Of a stretch of 64,000 nucleotides of DNA, positions 41,158 through 51,971 are shown in pieces (the stretch's first letter is position 1; every line of letters begins with the position of its first letter). Under the pieces are notes generated by a model. It did not search any database, was not told where the DNA came from, and saw only the letters and a list, made by a program, of their open reading frames with translations. The translations under genes and the position numbers were made by a program. This stretch comes from Verrucomicrobiales bacterium (lineage in GTDB: Bacteria; Verrucomicrobiota; Verrucomicrobiia; Verrucomicrobiales; SLCJ01), in contig JBJTQJ010000021.1 in NCBI GenBank assembly GCA_046075565.1, positions 1 to 64,000 of the forward strand. The letters run 5' to 3'.

Positions 41158-42738
41158 ATGGATGCCACCGACAAAAGCAAACAGTTCCTCTTCTGGGGAT
41201 GTTTCATCGCCCTCATCACCACCGCCTTCGCCTTTATCACGCGGGCCTTCCTTGTGAACGACCCCTCGCTCTGGCCGGCTGAACTCGGTCTGGATAAAGT
41301 CAAAGCTCAGGAACTCTTTGGCGCCGGGATTTGGCCGTTCGCCATCTCGATCATTCTTTTCAGTCTTTTCATCGACAAGGTCGGCTACCGGGCTGCCATG
41401 TTCTTCAGCTTCATCTGTTACGCGATTTATGCCGTGCTTGCGCTTCAAGCTTATTCCGTCCTGCACCCGGGCGGAGCAACCCTCGATGGCGACGCCCTCA
41501 CCGCCGCCCGCGCGAAAGCTTGGACCCTGCTTTACACCGGGTCCATCATCCTCGGTTTGGGCAACGGCACCGTTGAGGCTTTCATCAACCCAGTCGTCGC
41601 CACTCTCTTCAACCGCGATAAGACCAAATGGCTCAACATCCTCCACGCCGGATGGCCGGGCGGTCTCGTGCTCGGTGGCCTTCTCACCATGGCTCTCGGC
41701 TCACAAGTTGCCTCCGACTGGCGTGTGCTCGTTTACATCATTGCCATTCCCTCGGTCGTCTATCTGGTGATGCTTGCGAAAGCGAAATTCCCCGTCAACG
41801 AGCGCGTCGCGGCCGGCACTTCCTATCGCGAGATGCTCGGTGAATTCGGAGTGCTCGGCGCTGCCATCGCCAGCTTCCTCGTGGTCAAGCAGCTCGGCGG
41901 TGTCCTAGGTCTTTCCCCCGCCATCACCTGGACGCTCGTTGTCGCCTGTGTTGTTGCTTACGGCATTTACTGCAAATCGCTCGGACGCCCGCTCCTGTTC
42001 TTCCTCTGCATCATCATGATGCCCCTGGCCACCACCGAACTTGGAACCGACGGCGCCATCACTGGCATCATGGAAGAGCCGCTCAAACTGGCCGGCCACC
42101 ACCCGCTCTGGGTGCTCATCTACACGTCCGCCATCATGATGGTCCTGCGTTTCTTCGCCGGTCCCATTGTGCACAAGCTCACGCCCCTCGGCCTCCTAGC
42201 GGCCTGTGCCGCCCTCGCTTGTGTCGGCCTCTTCCTGCTCTCCAAGGCCACCGGACTGGTCATGATCTTCGCCGCAGCCACTCTCTATGGGGTGGCCAAG
42301 ACATTCTTCTGGCCCACAACCCTCGGTGTTGTGGCGGAGCAAACCCCGAAGGGTGGTGCCCTTACCCTCAACGCCATCGCCGGCATCGGCATGCTCGCCG
42401 TGGGCGTGATTGGCGGACCACTCATCGGTCACATGCAGGAGAAGTCCGCTCAGACAGCCATCGAGAAAGAACTCCCCGCCGGCACCTACGCCAAGGTCTC
42501 TGCGGAGAGCAGCTACTTCCTCGGCAAATACCAAGCGGTTGATGAAGGAAAGGTGAAAGCCCTTCCGGAAGCCGAAGCGGCCAAAGTCGGCGAGGTTGCC
42601 AAACACGCCAAACAAGGCTCCCTGGCCAAAGTCATCGTTTTCCCCGCCTTCATGCTGGTGTGCTATCTGGTGCTGATCGTCTATTTCAAATCCCGCGGCG
42701 GTTACAAGGCGGTGCATATCGGCGAAGCCAACCACTGA
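41158..42738 (+). CDS. MFS transporter
   Basis: About 12 TM helices; DKVGYR loop, GLGNGTVEA, FFWPT. Confidence 0.87.
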   Translation: MDATDKSKQFLFWGCFIALITTAFAFITRAFLVNDPSLWPAELGLDKVKAQELFGAGIWPFAISIILFSLFIDKVGYRAAMFFSFICYAIYAVLALQAYSVLHPGGATLDGDALTAARAKAWTLLYTGSIILGLGNGTVEAFINPVVATLFNRDKTKWLNILHAGWPGGLVLGGLLTMALGSQVASDWRVLVYIIAIPSVVYLVMLAKAKFPVNERVAAGTSYREMLGEFGVLGAAIASFLVVKQLGGVLGLSPAITWTLVVACVVAYGIYCKSLGRPLLFFLCIIMMPLATTELGTDGAITGIMEEPLKLAGHHPLWVLIYTSAIMMVLRFFAGPIVHKLTPLGLLAACAALACVGLFLLSKATGLVMIFAAATLYGVAKTFFWPTTLGVVAEQTPKGGALTLNAIAGIGMLAVGVIGGPLIGHMQEKSAQTAIEKELPAGTYAKVSAESSYFLGKYQAVDEGKVKALPEAEAAKVGEVAKHAKQGSLAKVIVFPAFMLVCYLVLIVYFKSRGGYKAVHIGEANH

Positions 42739-42780
42739 TCCATCTCCCCCATTCCCCGAGATAGAGACATCCCGACCCAC

Positions 42781-42815
42781 CCCGGGGGCCGATTCGGCCT
42801 CCGGGGTTTTTGCTT
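42781..42815 (+). terminator. Rho-independent terminator after the MFS gene
   Basis: cccgggggccg-att-cggcctccggg stem-loop followed by a T-rich tract. Confidence 0.75.
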
Positions 42816-42932
42816 TCCGGGTCGTTTGGAGCGAATCAATTTCGAGACCCGGCGGGAAAAATGCCAATTTAGCTCTCCAAGGCAGGTTCTGCACTTGACA
42901 CGGCGGGCGTAATCTGGTGCAATCGTCCCACT

Positions 42933-44849
42933 ATGCCCCCATTTACCCGGATTCTTGCCGGAGCTTGCGCCGCGCTTCTCTGCGCGCACCCACTCCTGGC
43001 CCAGCAAAAAACCGCTCCCGACGCGGCGAAATTGCGCGCCTACGCCCTTGAGGTGGACAAACGGATCGCCGCCCATTTCCAGAAGAACGGATTGGCCGTG
43101 CCCGCCGATGCCGACCCCGGCACCCTGCTCCGCCGCACCTATCTCGTGGCCGTTGGCCGTATCCCGACGCTGGAAGAAACCCGCTCCTATCTCGCGGATC
43201 CCGCGCCCGACAAACACGCGCTCCTCGTCGAGAGGCTCATGGCCTCGCCCGGTTACGCGAGCCACATGAGCAACTGGCTTGGTGACCTCCTGCGCGTGAA
43301 GGACCAATTCACCAACAATGTCTCCGCCGCGCCCTATGTCCACTACCTGCGCGAGTCGGTGGCCTCGAATAAATCTTGGGACCAACTCTCCACCGAATTG
43401 CTGACCGCCGCAGGCAACGGCTGGAATGGAGCCCCGCAAATCGGATACTTCGTGCGCGACAAGGGCATGCCCCTCGACAATGTCGCCAACACCATGCGCA
43501 TCTTCCTCGGAACCCGCATGGAATGCGCCCAATGCCACGACCATCCCTTCGGCGATTGGGATCGGCGCGACTTCTACGAATTGGCGGCATTCTTCCATGG
43601 CATCGACGGCAAGAACGAATCCGTTCAACGCGCAGCTCAGCGCATCGCGCGCGGCGAAAGCGAAAAAGAAGGCCGACGTCCCAAACAGGAAGACCGACAA
43701 CTCGCCGATCTGATCGACTTTCTCGGCGGGAATGCCCACTACTTCACCGTGGCCGGTGGAGGACGTGGCAACATTCCCTTGCCCGCCGACTACCAATACC
43801 GCGATGGAAAACCGGGTGAAGTCGTCGCCGCGCGTGCACCTTACGGTCCCACCATGCGCATGTCTTCCCGCCGCGAGGGAGATGATGGCCGCCTGCGCTT
43901 CGTGAAATGGATGACCGATGCGGAGAACCCACAATTCTCGCAGATCATTGCCAACCGCATGTGGAAACGCAGCATGGGCCGCGGTGTCTATGAACCGGTC
44001 GATGAATACGTTCCCGCCGCCGAAACCAGCGCCCCGGAACTGATGAAATACCTTGCTTCGCTCATGCGCGAACTCGGCCACGACCTACGCGCTTACCAAC
44101 AGGTATTGCTACTCACTCGCACCTTCCGCTTTGACACCAGCCCGCAACAATCCGAAGCGAACACTCCCGCCTCACTGGCCGGTCGCCAGATCAACCGCCT
44201 CGCCGCCGAACAAATCTGGGACTCCCTGCTCGTGCTCAAGGCCGGCGACCCCGACGCTCTTCCCGTCCGCTCTTTTGGCGACAGCGTCATCTATCGCGGA
44301 AGAGTTATCAAGGGCGGCGAACTGACCATGGGCAAACTCCAAACCGACCTTCTGGCGATAAAGGATCCCGCCGACTACATCCGCTATGCCAAGGATCTGC
44401 TCGCCAATTCCACGGGTGCCAGTAAATCGGACATGATGATGATGTCGGGTGGCGTGAGTGGCGGCGTCAAAGGCCTCGCCCGCGCCTCCGAGTTGCCCAT
44501 CCCGCCGCCCGGTGACCATTTCCTCCGCCGCTTCGGCGCTTCCGACCGCGAGGTCATTGAAGGCGGCACCAAGGAAGGCACCGTCCCGCAAGTGCTCGCA
44601 CTGGTGAATGGAGAAGTGCAGAACCTTCTCGTGGAAAATGACAAGGCTGAAATCTTCCGCCACCTCGCCGCCGCACCCGACGACGAAGCCCGCGTGCGCG
44701 TGCTCTTCCTCTCGACCCTTGCCCGTGAACCGGATCCCGGTGAAATGGATCTCATGCTTCTCCATGTCGCGGAAGCCGGACCCGACCGTGCGTGGCACAA
44801 CCTGCTCGCCTCCCTTCTCTGCACACACGAGTTTCTCTTCCTGCGTTGA
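42933..44849 (+). CDS. DUF1549/DUF1553 (PSCyt2/PSD1) protein
   Basis: LLRRTYL..GRIPT, FLGTRMECAQCHDHPF, ANRMWK..GRG, RLAAEQIWDS, EFLF. Confidence 0.92.
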   Translation: MPPFTRILAGACAALLCAHPLLAQQKTAPDAAKLRAYALEVDKRIAAHFQKNGLAVPADADPGTLLRRTYLVAVGRIPTLEETRSYLADPAPDKHALLVERLMASPGYASHMSNWLGDLLRVKDQFTNNVSAAPYVHYLRESVASNKSWDQLSTELLTAAGNGWNGAPQIGYFVRDKGMPLDNVANTMRIFLGTRMECAQCHDHPFGDWDRRDFYELAAFFHGIDGKNESVQRAAQRIARGESEKEGRRPKQEDRQLADLIDFLGGNAHYFTVAGGGRGNIPLPADYQYRDGKPGEVVAARAPYGPTMRMSSRREGDDGRLRFVKWMTDAENPQFSQIIANRMWKRSMGRGVYEPVDEYVPAAETSAPELMKYLASLMRELGHDLRAYQQVLLLTRTFRFDTSPQQSEANTPASLAGRQINRLAAEQIWDSLLVLKAGDPDALPVRSFGDSVIYRGRVIKGGELTMGKLQTDLLAIKDPADYIRYAKDLLANSTGASKSDMMMMSGGVSGGVKGLARASELPIPPPGDHFLRRFGASDREVIEGGTKEGTVPQVLALVNGEVQNLLVENDKAEIFRHLAAAPDDEARVRVLFLSTLAREPDPGEMDLMLLHVAEAGPDRAWHNLLASLLCTHEFLFLR

Positions 44850-44893
44850 AACTGCTAACACAATCCAGCCACTCAGCCTTGATAGGAAAATGA

Positions 44894-45035
44894 AACCACG
44901 AATGGACACGAATGGGCACGAATTTTTAGGGAATCTAGATTGTTCTCCGCTCCCTCCGTTGCGTGAGCGCCGCTCATTGCATGACTTTCTGATGTTGAAT
45001 CTTTCATTCGTGTCACTTCGTGTCCATTCGTGGTT
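44894..45035. repeat. MITE-like CACGAAT element (second complete copy)
   Basis: aaccacgaatggacacgaatgggcacgaat ... attcgtgtcacttcgtgtccattcgtggtt. Confidence 0.82.
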
Positions 45036-45061
45036 GTTAAGCTAAATCCCCCCCTCCCATT

Positions 45062-46378
45062 ATGTCTCTCGAATCCGATCTCCGTCGCCAGGACGACTTC
45101 ACCCGCCGGCAGTTCATCACGCGGGCGGCGCGTTCTTACCTAGGCGTCACGCTCCTGCCGCTCGTCTATCGTTCGCTCGCTTCGCCCGGTTGGGGCGCGC
45201 CCGGAGCAAAGGTCCCCGGCGGCAAAGCCGAACATGTCATCTTCCTTAACATGAACGGCGGCATGAGCCACCTCGATACCTTCGACCCGAAACCCCGCCG
45301 CAGCGAAGTGCAAGGGCCGGTCAAGGTGCTCGATTCGAAAGCCCCCGGCGTCCAGGTCAGCGAATACCTGCCGCAAACCGCCACCGTCATGGACAAGGTC
45401 TGTGTCATCAATTCGATGACCTCGATCAATGGTGCACACGAGCGCGGCCAGTATGTCATGCATACGAGTTACGCGCCCTTGGGTACCATCGTCCACCCTG
45501 CCATCGGTTCGTGGGTTGTGCGGTTGGCCGATCGCCGCAATCAGAATCTGCCCGGTTTTGTTACCATCGGCACCGGCCCGGAAGTCGGCTCTGGCGGTTG
45601 GATGGGCTCGAAATATTCCGCGGTGCCCGTGCTCGATCCCGACCAAGGTCTCGCCAATAGCAAACGCCCCGCCGCTGTCAGCGCGAACGAATTCCGCGAC
45701 CGCCTCGTCATGGCCGACGAACTGAACAAACGCTTCCACAAACAATACCGGCACGGCGATGTGAAAGGCTACGAAGATCTCTATGCCGAAGCCACCCGCC
45801 TCATGACCTCGGAGGATCTTGCCGCCTTCGATCTCTCGAAGGAGAAAGAGACGACACGCGAAGCCTACGGCAAAAGCCGCTTCGGTCAGGGTTGTTTGCT
45901 CGCGCGCCGCCTCGTGGAAAAAGGCGTGCGTTTTGTCGAAGTCACCCTCGGCGGGTGGGACACCCACTACGACAACTTCACCGCCGTCAAAGCCCGCTGC
46001 GACGACTTCGACCGCGCCTACGCCAGCTTGCTCAAGGAACTCTCCGACCGCAACCTGCTCGATTCGACGCTGGTTGTCGTTGGCACCGAGTTCGGACGTA
46101 CCCCCACCATCCAGGTCGAACACAACGATGGTCGCGACCACCATCCTTCCGCTTTCACCTGCCTCATGGCCGGCGGCGGCGTGACCGGCGGGCAAAAATA
46201 CGGGGAAACCGACACCCGCGGCGAACGGGTAAAAGACAAACCCGTCAGCTTGGAGGACTTCAACGCCACCATCGCCTACGCACTTCGTCTTCCGCACGAA
46301 GAAGTGCACATGTCACCGAGCGGCCGACCCTTTACGATGGCCAACAAAGGAAAACCCGTGACGGGTATTTTCGGATAA
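45062..46378 (+). CDS. DUF1501 protein (Tat-type signal)
   Basis: TRRQFI, GGMSHLDTFDPK, CLLARRLVE.GVRFV, WDTH, EFGRTP, GRDH. Confidence 0.93.
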   Translation: MSLESDLRRQDDFTRRQFITRAARSYLGVTLLPLVYRSLASPGWGAPGAKVPGGKAEHVIFLNMNGGMSHLDTFDPKPRRSEVQGPVKVLDSKAPGVQVSEYLPQTATVMDKVCVINSMTSINGAHERGQYVMHTSYAPLGTIVHPAIGSWVVRLADRRNQNLPGFVTIGTGPEVGSGGWMGSKYSAVPVLDPDQGLANSKRPAAVSANEFRDRLVMADELNKRFHKQYRHGDVKGYEDLYAEATRLMTSEDLAAFDLSKEKETTREAYGKSRFGQGCLLARRLVEKGVRFVEVTLGGWDTHYDNFTAVKARCDDFDRAYASLLKELSDRNLLDSTLVVVGTEFGRTPTIQVEHNDGRDHHPSAFTCLMAGGGVTGGQKYGETDTRGERVKDKPVSLEDFNATIAYALRLPHEEVHMSPSGRPFTMANKGKPVTGIFG

Positions 46379-46447
46379 GCTCAAAGGGATCTTGCCTGCG
46401 CGGCAAGCCGCCTCCCGCGGCCTTCCAGAGTCCGTGGGCCCATGCTC

Positions 46448-47176
46448 TCACGCGAGCCCTGATTTATCGAGCACGGCCTGCAGATTCTCCGGCAAAGGAG
46501 CAGTGACGCGCAGGCTTTTGCCGGTGACAGGATGGGTGAAGGCCAGTCGCGAAGCGTGAAGGAAAATCCGTTTGAGCCCGAGTTCTTTTTTCGCCCAGCG
46601 GTTGAGGGCGAAGTCGCCATAGACATCGTCGCCGAGCACGGGATGGCTGCGGCTAGCCGCCTGCACCCGGATCTGATGGGTGCGACCGGTGACGAGTTCG
46701 ATTTCGATGAAGGAGAGGCGAAGCGAGGGCTGTTGGCGCAAGGCGCGGAAATGCAGCTCGGCATTGATAGGTGCCCCGGGCACGACGGTCGTGCGCACTT
46801 TGCCGCGTCCGCGCGCGAACCCGAGGGCATCTTTCCAATCCCCGTGCGGGCGGGTGGGGCCGGAGACAACCGCGTGGTAGGATTTGCCGACTTTTCCCGC
46901 TTCGAAAGCCGCACGCAGGGCCATGGCGGTGGATTCATCGCGGGCCGCAAGCAGGCAACCCGAGGTGTCCTGGTCGATGCGGTGGATCAACCAGACGGGG
47001 CCCGCCGGGCCATCGAAGCGGCGGGCTTCCTCCCGGTAGGTGCCTTGGAAAGCGGATGGCGCGGATACGGGGCCCGGATTCGGGTGCGAGAGAGTGCCCG
47101 GCGGTTTATCGACGACGATGATGTGTTCATCGCTCCACAAGACGAGGCAGGAGGTGGGTGGAACAGGTTGGGCCAT
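46448..47176 (-). CDS. RluA-family pseudouridine synthase
   Basis: DKPPG, HRIDQDTSG, TGRTHQIRV, GDDVYG, LHA; start codon uncertain. Confidence 0.92.
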   Translation of the reverse strand: MAQPVPPTSCLVLWSDEHIIVVDKPPGTLSHPNPGPVSAPSAFQGTYREEARRFDGPAGPVWLIHRIDQDTSGCLLAARDESTAMALRAAFEAGKVGKSYHAVVSGPTRPHGDWKDALGFARGRGKVRTTVVPGAPINAELHFRALRQQPSLRLSFIEIELVTGRTHQIRVQAASRSHPVLGDDVYGDFALNRWAKKELGLKRIFLHASRLAFTHPVTGKSLRVTAPLPENLQAVLDKSGLA

Positions 47177-47271
47177 GCAGGCGGTATCCATCGCCCCGAT
47201 GCGGGGAGACTGCAAAGCCGGAATCTTTGGGGTGCAGGACGAAACAGACATCTCTGCCGCATTCCTCCCTC

Positions 47272-47344
47272 GCTGGAGTTCCGGGTTTACCCGGCCCGCG
47301 CGAGTCCCCATCGGCCATGAGCCGCCTGAAGGCGGAACTCCAAC
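47272..47344. repeat. Inverted pair of GGAG-type REP-like palindromes
   Basis: gctggagttccgggtttacccggc and gccgcctgaaggcggaactccaac; related to 10598-10670. Confidence 0.7.
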
Positions 47345-47486
47345 GCGGGAGGACAAGAGGCAGGCCAAGCCGTTCCGGTTCACGCCTTGTCTTTTTGTCC
47401 CGCACCCGAATCTCGCGGAAACCGACGTCTGTGATTGACGCCCCGCCGTTCTGTTCCCTATCTTTGGGTCCCATCCCGATAATCCC

Positions 47487-49331
47487 ATGACCCAATCCGC
47501 CCGTGCGTTCAGTGAAAAAAAGGCCGCGGTGGTCCGCTTTGCGGGCGACTCCGGCGATGGTATGCAGGTTGTTGGCGAGCGATTCACCGACACCAGCGTT
47601 ACCGTGCCCAATGCCATCGCGACCTTTCCCGATTATCCGGCGGAAATCCGCGCTCCCGTCGGCACCATCGCCGGGGTCTCGGCTTTCCAAGTTCACTTCG
47701 GTAGCCAGACCGTATTGACCCCGGGCGATGAACCGGACGCGCTCGTGGCCATGAACCCGGCAGCGCTGGCCGTGCATCTCTGCGATCTCGCCGAAGGTGG
47801 TCTGCTTATCGTGAACTCTTCATCCTTTACCGAGGAAAATCTGAAGATGGCGGGCTTCGCCAGCAATCCGCTTGATGATGATTCGCTGCGCAAAAAATAC
47901 GAACTGGTTTCCATCGACGTCAGCGGCCTCACCTTGGAGGCGCTTAAGGAAAACCCGATTACACAAAAGGAAAAACTCCGCACCAAGAACTTCTTCGCCC
48001 TCGGATTCTCCTACTGGGTTTACGGTCGTCCCCTTGAGCCGACCATCAAGTTCATCACGGACAAGTGGGGGAAAAAGGCGCCCGATGTGGCCGCCGCCAA
48101 CGTCGCCGTGCTCAAAGCCGGTTATTTCCTCGGCGAAACCACCGAGATCACGCGCAACCGCTACATGATTGCCCGTGCGGAAGTCGAACCGGGCACCTAT
48201 CGGAAAATCTCCGGCAATGAAGCGGCCGCATTGGGGCTGATTGCCGCCGCAAAAAAAGCCGGACGTGAGATGCTTTTCGCCGGTTATCCGATCACACCCG
48301 CATCATCGGTGCTGGAAGCGCTGGCTTCATTCAAACACTTCGGCGTGAAGACCGTGCAAGCGGAGGATGAAATCGCCGCCATCGGGGTGGCGATTGGTGG
48401 AAGCTTCGCCGGCAAGATCGGTGTTACCGCCACCAGCGGACCCGGGATGTGCTTGAAGAGCGAATTCATCGGCCTTGCCATCTCGACCGAGTTGCCGCTC
48501 GTCATTCTGAATATCCAACGCGGCGGACCCAGCACCGGCCTGCCCACCAAGACCGAGCAATCGGATTTGTTGCAAGCCCTCTACGGTCGCCATGGCGAAA
48601 GCCCGCTGCCCATCGTCGCGGCCAATTCACCCTCCGATTGTTTCCGCGCCGCTTTCGAGGCCGTGCGCATCGCGCTCGAATACTCCACGCCTGTCATTCT
48701 GCTTTCCGATGGTTATCTCGCCAATGGCTCCGAGCCATGGAAGATCCCGGATGAAGCGGACTTGCCCGCCATCGTGAAACCCTTCGCCGATCCTTCGAAG
48801 CCTTATGTCACCTTCGCGCGGGACCCTGTGACACTCGCCCGCACCCAGGCCATTCCCGGCCAACCCGGATTGGAACACCGCATCGGTGGCCTCGAGAAAA
48901 ATGAAAAAGGCGGCATCAGCTACGATGCGGAAAACCACAGCGTGATGACCGGGCTGCGCGCGGCGAAAGTCGCGGCTGTTTCCAAGTCCATTCCACCGAT
49001 GAATGTCTTCGGCGAACGCACGGGCAAAGTGCTCGTGCTCGGATGGGGTGGCACCCACGGCGCGATCACCACCGCAGTGCAAACGCTGCAAGCGGAAGGA
49101 TTTTCCGTATCCAGCGCCAGCGTGCGTTACCTCAACCCGCTGCCGCCTGATTTGGGTGACCTCATCAAAGGCTTCGACAAGGTTCTCGTCCCCGAACTCA
49201 ACCTCGGCCAGTTGTCCTTCATCATCCGTTCGATCTATCTGGTGGATGCCATCTCCATGGGCAAGGTTAAAGGCCGGCCCTTCAAGGTGTCCGAAATCCG
49301 CGAACGCATCCTCGAAATCCTCAACCATTGA
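47487..49331 (+). CDS. korA: 2-oxoacid:ferredoxin oxidoreductase alpha subunit
   Basis: AGDSGDGMQ, YPAEIR, YPITPAS, QAEDE, TSGPG, QRGGPSTGLPTK. Confidence 0.93.
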   Translation: MTQSARAFSEKKAAVVRFAGDSGDGMQVVGERFTDTSVTVPNAIATFPDYPAEIRAPVGTIAGVSAFQVHFGSQTVLTPGDEPDALVAMNPAALAVHLCDLAEGGLLIVNSSSFTEENLKMAGFASNPLDDDSLRKKYELVSIDVSGLTLEALKENPITQKEKLRTKNFFALGFSYWVYGRPLEPTIKFITDKWGKKAPDVAAANVAVLKAGYFLGETTEITRNRYMIARAEVEPGTYRKISGNEAAALGLIAAAKKAGREMLFAGYPITPASSVLEALASFKHFGVKTVQAEDEIAAIGVAIGGSFAGKIGVTATSGPGMCLKSEFIGLAISTELPLVILNIQRGGPSTGLPTKTEQSDLLQALYGRHGESPLPIVAANSPSDCFRAAFEAVRIALEYSTPVILLSDGYLANGSEPWKIPDEADLPAIVKPFADPSKPYVTFARDPVTLARTQAIPGQPGLEHRIGGLEKNEKGGISYDAENHSVMTGLRAAKVAAVSKSIPPMNVFGERTGKVLVLGWGGTHGAITTAVQTLQAEGFSVSSASVRYLNPLPPDLGDLIKGFDKVLVPELNLGQLSFIIRSIYLVDAISMGKVKGRPFKVSEIRERILEILNH

Positions 49332-49336
49332 TTCCC

Positions 49337-50359
49337 ATGTCCGAAGCACTTCAAACCCAACCAGATCGTCCCGCGCTCACGCGCATGGATTTTGTGCCTC
49401 CCGGCGATGTGCGATGGTGCCCTGGCTGCGGGGACTACGCCATCCTCAATTCCCTGCAACGCACCTTGCCGGAGTTGGGAATTCCGCGGGAGAATTATGT
49501 CATCATCTCCGGCATCGGTTGCTCCAGCCGTTTCCCCTACTACATGCAGACTTATGGGTTCCACACCATTCACGGGCGCGCGCCATCGGTCGCCACCGGG
49601 GTCAAGGTGGCGAATCCGGATCTCTCCGTGTGGTTGGTCACCGGTGATGGCGACGGACTGAGCATTGGCGGCAATCATTTGCTCCATCTGCTCCGCCGCA
49701 ACCTCGATGTCACGGTTCTTCTTTTCAATAACCGCATCTACGGACTCACCAAAGGCCAATACAGCCCGACCTCGCCCGCGGGCACACGCACGAAGACGAC
49801 GCCGTCGGGTTCGATCGACCATCCGATCAATCCCATCCTCTTCGCTCTCGGTGCGGAAGCCACCTTCATCGCCCGCACGATTGACAACAACCCGAAACAC
49901 ATGGTCGAGACGTTCAAAGCCGCCCATGCCCACAAGGGGGTTTCGTTCGTCGAAATCATGCAGAACTGCGTGATTTTCAACGACGGCGCATGGGATCCCA
50001 TCTACGCGAAAGAGAACCGGGAAATGAATCTGCTTCCGCTTGAAGCGGGCAAACCCTTGCTGTTCGGCAAAAACAAGGAGAAGGGCATCCGCCTCAACGG
50101 GCTCATGCCGGAAATCGTGGACGCGGGATCTCCAGATATCTTCACCCACCAGCCCGACCATTCCAGCCCGTTGTATTCCCAAATGCTGGCCGATTTCGGC
50201 CTGCCGGATTTCCCCACGCCCATCGGTGTGATCCGCCAGATCCAGCGGCCGACCTACGAAGCCATGATCGAGGAGCAAACCCAAGCCGCCAAAGCAAAAC
50301 GCGGCGAAGGCAGTTGGGGGGAATTGCTCCACGGAGACTCGACCTGGACGGTGGAGTGA
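49337..50359 (+). CDS. korB: 2-oxoacid:ferredoxin oxidoreductase beta subunit
   Basis: WCPGCGD, GIGCSSR, GDGDGLSIGGNH, YGLTKGQYSPT. Confidence 0.93.
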   Translation: MSEALQTQPDRPALTRMDFVPPGDVRWCPGCGDYAILNSLQRTLPELGIPRENYVIISGIGCSSRFPYYMQTYGFHTIHGRAPSVATGVKVANPDLSVWLVTGDGDGLSIGGNHLLHLLRRNLDVTVLLFNNRIYGLTKGQYSPTSPAGTRTKTTPSGSIDHPINPILFALGAEATFIARTIDNNPKHMVETFKAAHAHKGVSFVEIMQNCVIFNDGAWDPIYAKENREMNLLPLEAGKPLLFGKNKEKGIRLNGLMPEIVDAGSPDIFTHQPDHSSPLYSQMLADFGLPDFPTPIGVIRQIQRPTYEAMIEEQTQAAKAKRGEGSWGELLHGDSTWTVE

Positions 50360-50407
50360 GGAGGGGGCGCCACGCATTGGCTCTCCCGAATTCATCTCGT
50401 TCTCACT

Positions 50408-50532
50408 GACCGCTGGGGACAGCGGTCCCTGCCTGTCGAATGGAAGGTTGCGCCTCATGGCCGTGCGCCGCCATCGCCCTTCGACTCCACCGGCCGAACA
50501 ATATAGGCAGGGACGTTTGTCTCAAACGTCCG
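50408..50532. repeat. Paired GGCAG-GGAC REP-like palindromes (copy 2 of 3)
   Basis: gaccgctggggacagcggtccctgcc and ggcagggacgtttgtctcaaacgtccg. Confidence 0.85.
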
Positions 50533-50694
50533 CAGGAGAGGAGCAACAACATCCCCCGGCCCGGCCTGCCGGGGACGCCGGTCGCCAGAAACTCCCTTCG
50601 CCGACGCATCTCCCACATGATGGGCGCCCATGCGCCCGGCAACAACCGCCTTCCCGGTTGAACGCGTGCCGGATCCGGCGCAAGATTGTCGTCC

Positions 50695-51837
50695 ATGGGC
50701 TGCGGATGCGAGCAAAAGGACCAACCATCCCTGCCGGTGGAGACACCGGTCGGACCGTCCTGCTGTGGCGGCGCGCCTGAACCAACCGTCCCTGCTGCCG
50801 GTGATTCCTGTGGCACGCCCGCCGGCCGCCCGGATTGGCTGCTGCGCTTCGGTCTGCTCGGTTGCGCGCTCGCCTGCTTTTTCCGCTTCGCCGTCCCGGC
50901 GCAGATGTTGGCTCCGAAGTTGCATCATTTCGCGTATGGTAGCGTCGAGTTGTTAGGAAAGATGTGGTGGGGCCTGGCGGCGGGTATCTTTTTCGTCGGA
51001 TTGCTGGCCAGCGTGCCGCGCGAACTCGTGCTCGGCGTGCTCGGTCCGGGCGGCAAATGGAGCGGTCTCGGCCGGGCCGTCGGTGCGGGTGTCCTGCTCG
51101 ATCTTTGCTCGCACGGCATCCTGCTCGTCGGCATGCAACTCTACCGTCGCGGAGCCAGCCTCGGGCAGACCGCCGCATTTCTCATCGCCAGTCCGTGGAA
51201 TTCCATTTCGCTCACCTTCATTCTCATCGCGCTCATCGGTTTGCCATGGACCCTCTGCTTCATCCTGCTTTCGGCGGTGGTGGCCATGATCGCGGGTGCC
51301 TTCCTCGATCGCTGTGTGGCCCGAGGCACTCTCCCGGCCAATCCGAATGCCCACACCTTGCCGGAAGACTTCCGCTTCTGGAAATCACTGGCCGCATCCT
51401 GGCGCGCCGCCCGGTTCGATTGGAAATTCTGGACCAACTCCCTCGGCACCGGTCTGCGCGAATCGAAAATGATCCTGCGCTGGATCTTCATCGGCGTGCT
51501 CATGGCGGCCGCCCTGCGCGCCTTCCTCGACACCACCCACTTCCAGCAATACTTCGGGCCGACCCTGATGGGCTTGATGATCACCATCGTCGCGACCACC
51601 ATCATTGAAGTTTGCTCCGAAGGTTCCAGCCCCATCGCCGCCGATTTGCTCCAGCGCGCCCACGCGCCCGGCAATGCCTTCGCCTTCCTCATGGCTGGCG
51701 TCGCCACCGACTACACCGAAATCATGGGCCTGAAGGAAACCACCCGTTCTTGGAAAATCGCGCTTTTCCTCCCCCTCGTCACCGTGCCGCAAGTGATCGT
51801 GATCGGGTGGATCTTGAATCAGTTCCACGGACACTGA
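50695..51837 (+). CDS. ArsP/DUF318-type permease with Cys-rich N-terminus
   Basis: DLCSHG, AFLIASP, EVCSEGSSP, AFLMAG; N-terminal CGC, CC and C. Confidence 0.8.
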   Translation: MGCGCEQKDQPSLPVETPVGPSCCGGAPEPTVPAAGDSCGTPAGRPDWLLRFGLLGCALACFFRFAVPAQMLAPKLHHFAYGSVELLGKMWWGLAAGIFFVGLLASVPRELVLGVLGPGGKWSGLGRAVGAGVLLDLCSHGILLVGMQLYRRGASLGQTAAFLIASPWNSISLTFILIALIGLPWTLCFILLSAVVAMIAGAFLDRCVARGTLPANPNAHTLPEDFRFWKSLAASWRAARFDWKFWTNSLGTGLRESKMILRWIFIGVLMAAALRAFLDTTHFQQYFGPTLMGLMITIVATTIIEVCSEGSSPIAADLLQRAHAPGNAFAFLMAGVATDYTEIMGLKETTRSWKIALFLPLVTVPQVIVIGWILNQFHGH

Positions 51838-51971
51838 GCACGGCGGCGTATGCCGAATTTCGGAATGAGAACCACGGATAACACAGATGAGCACGGATAA
51901 TGAGGATGTTATGGAAGGAATTTGGCCAAAGATGCCCATCTGGATGCGCCCGCTTGCATTTCCCTTCCTCG

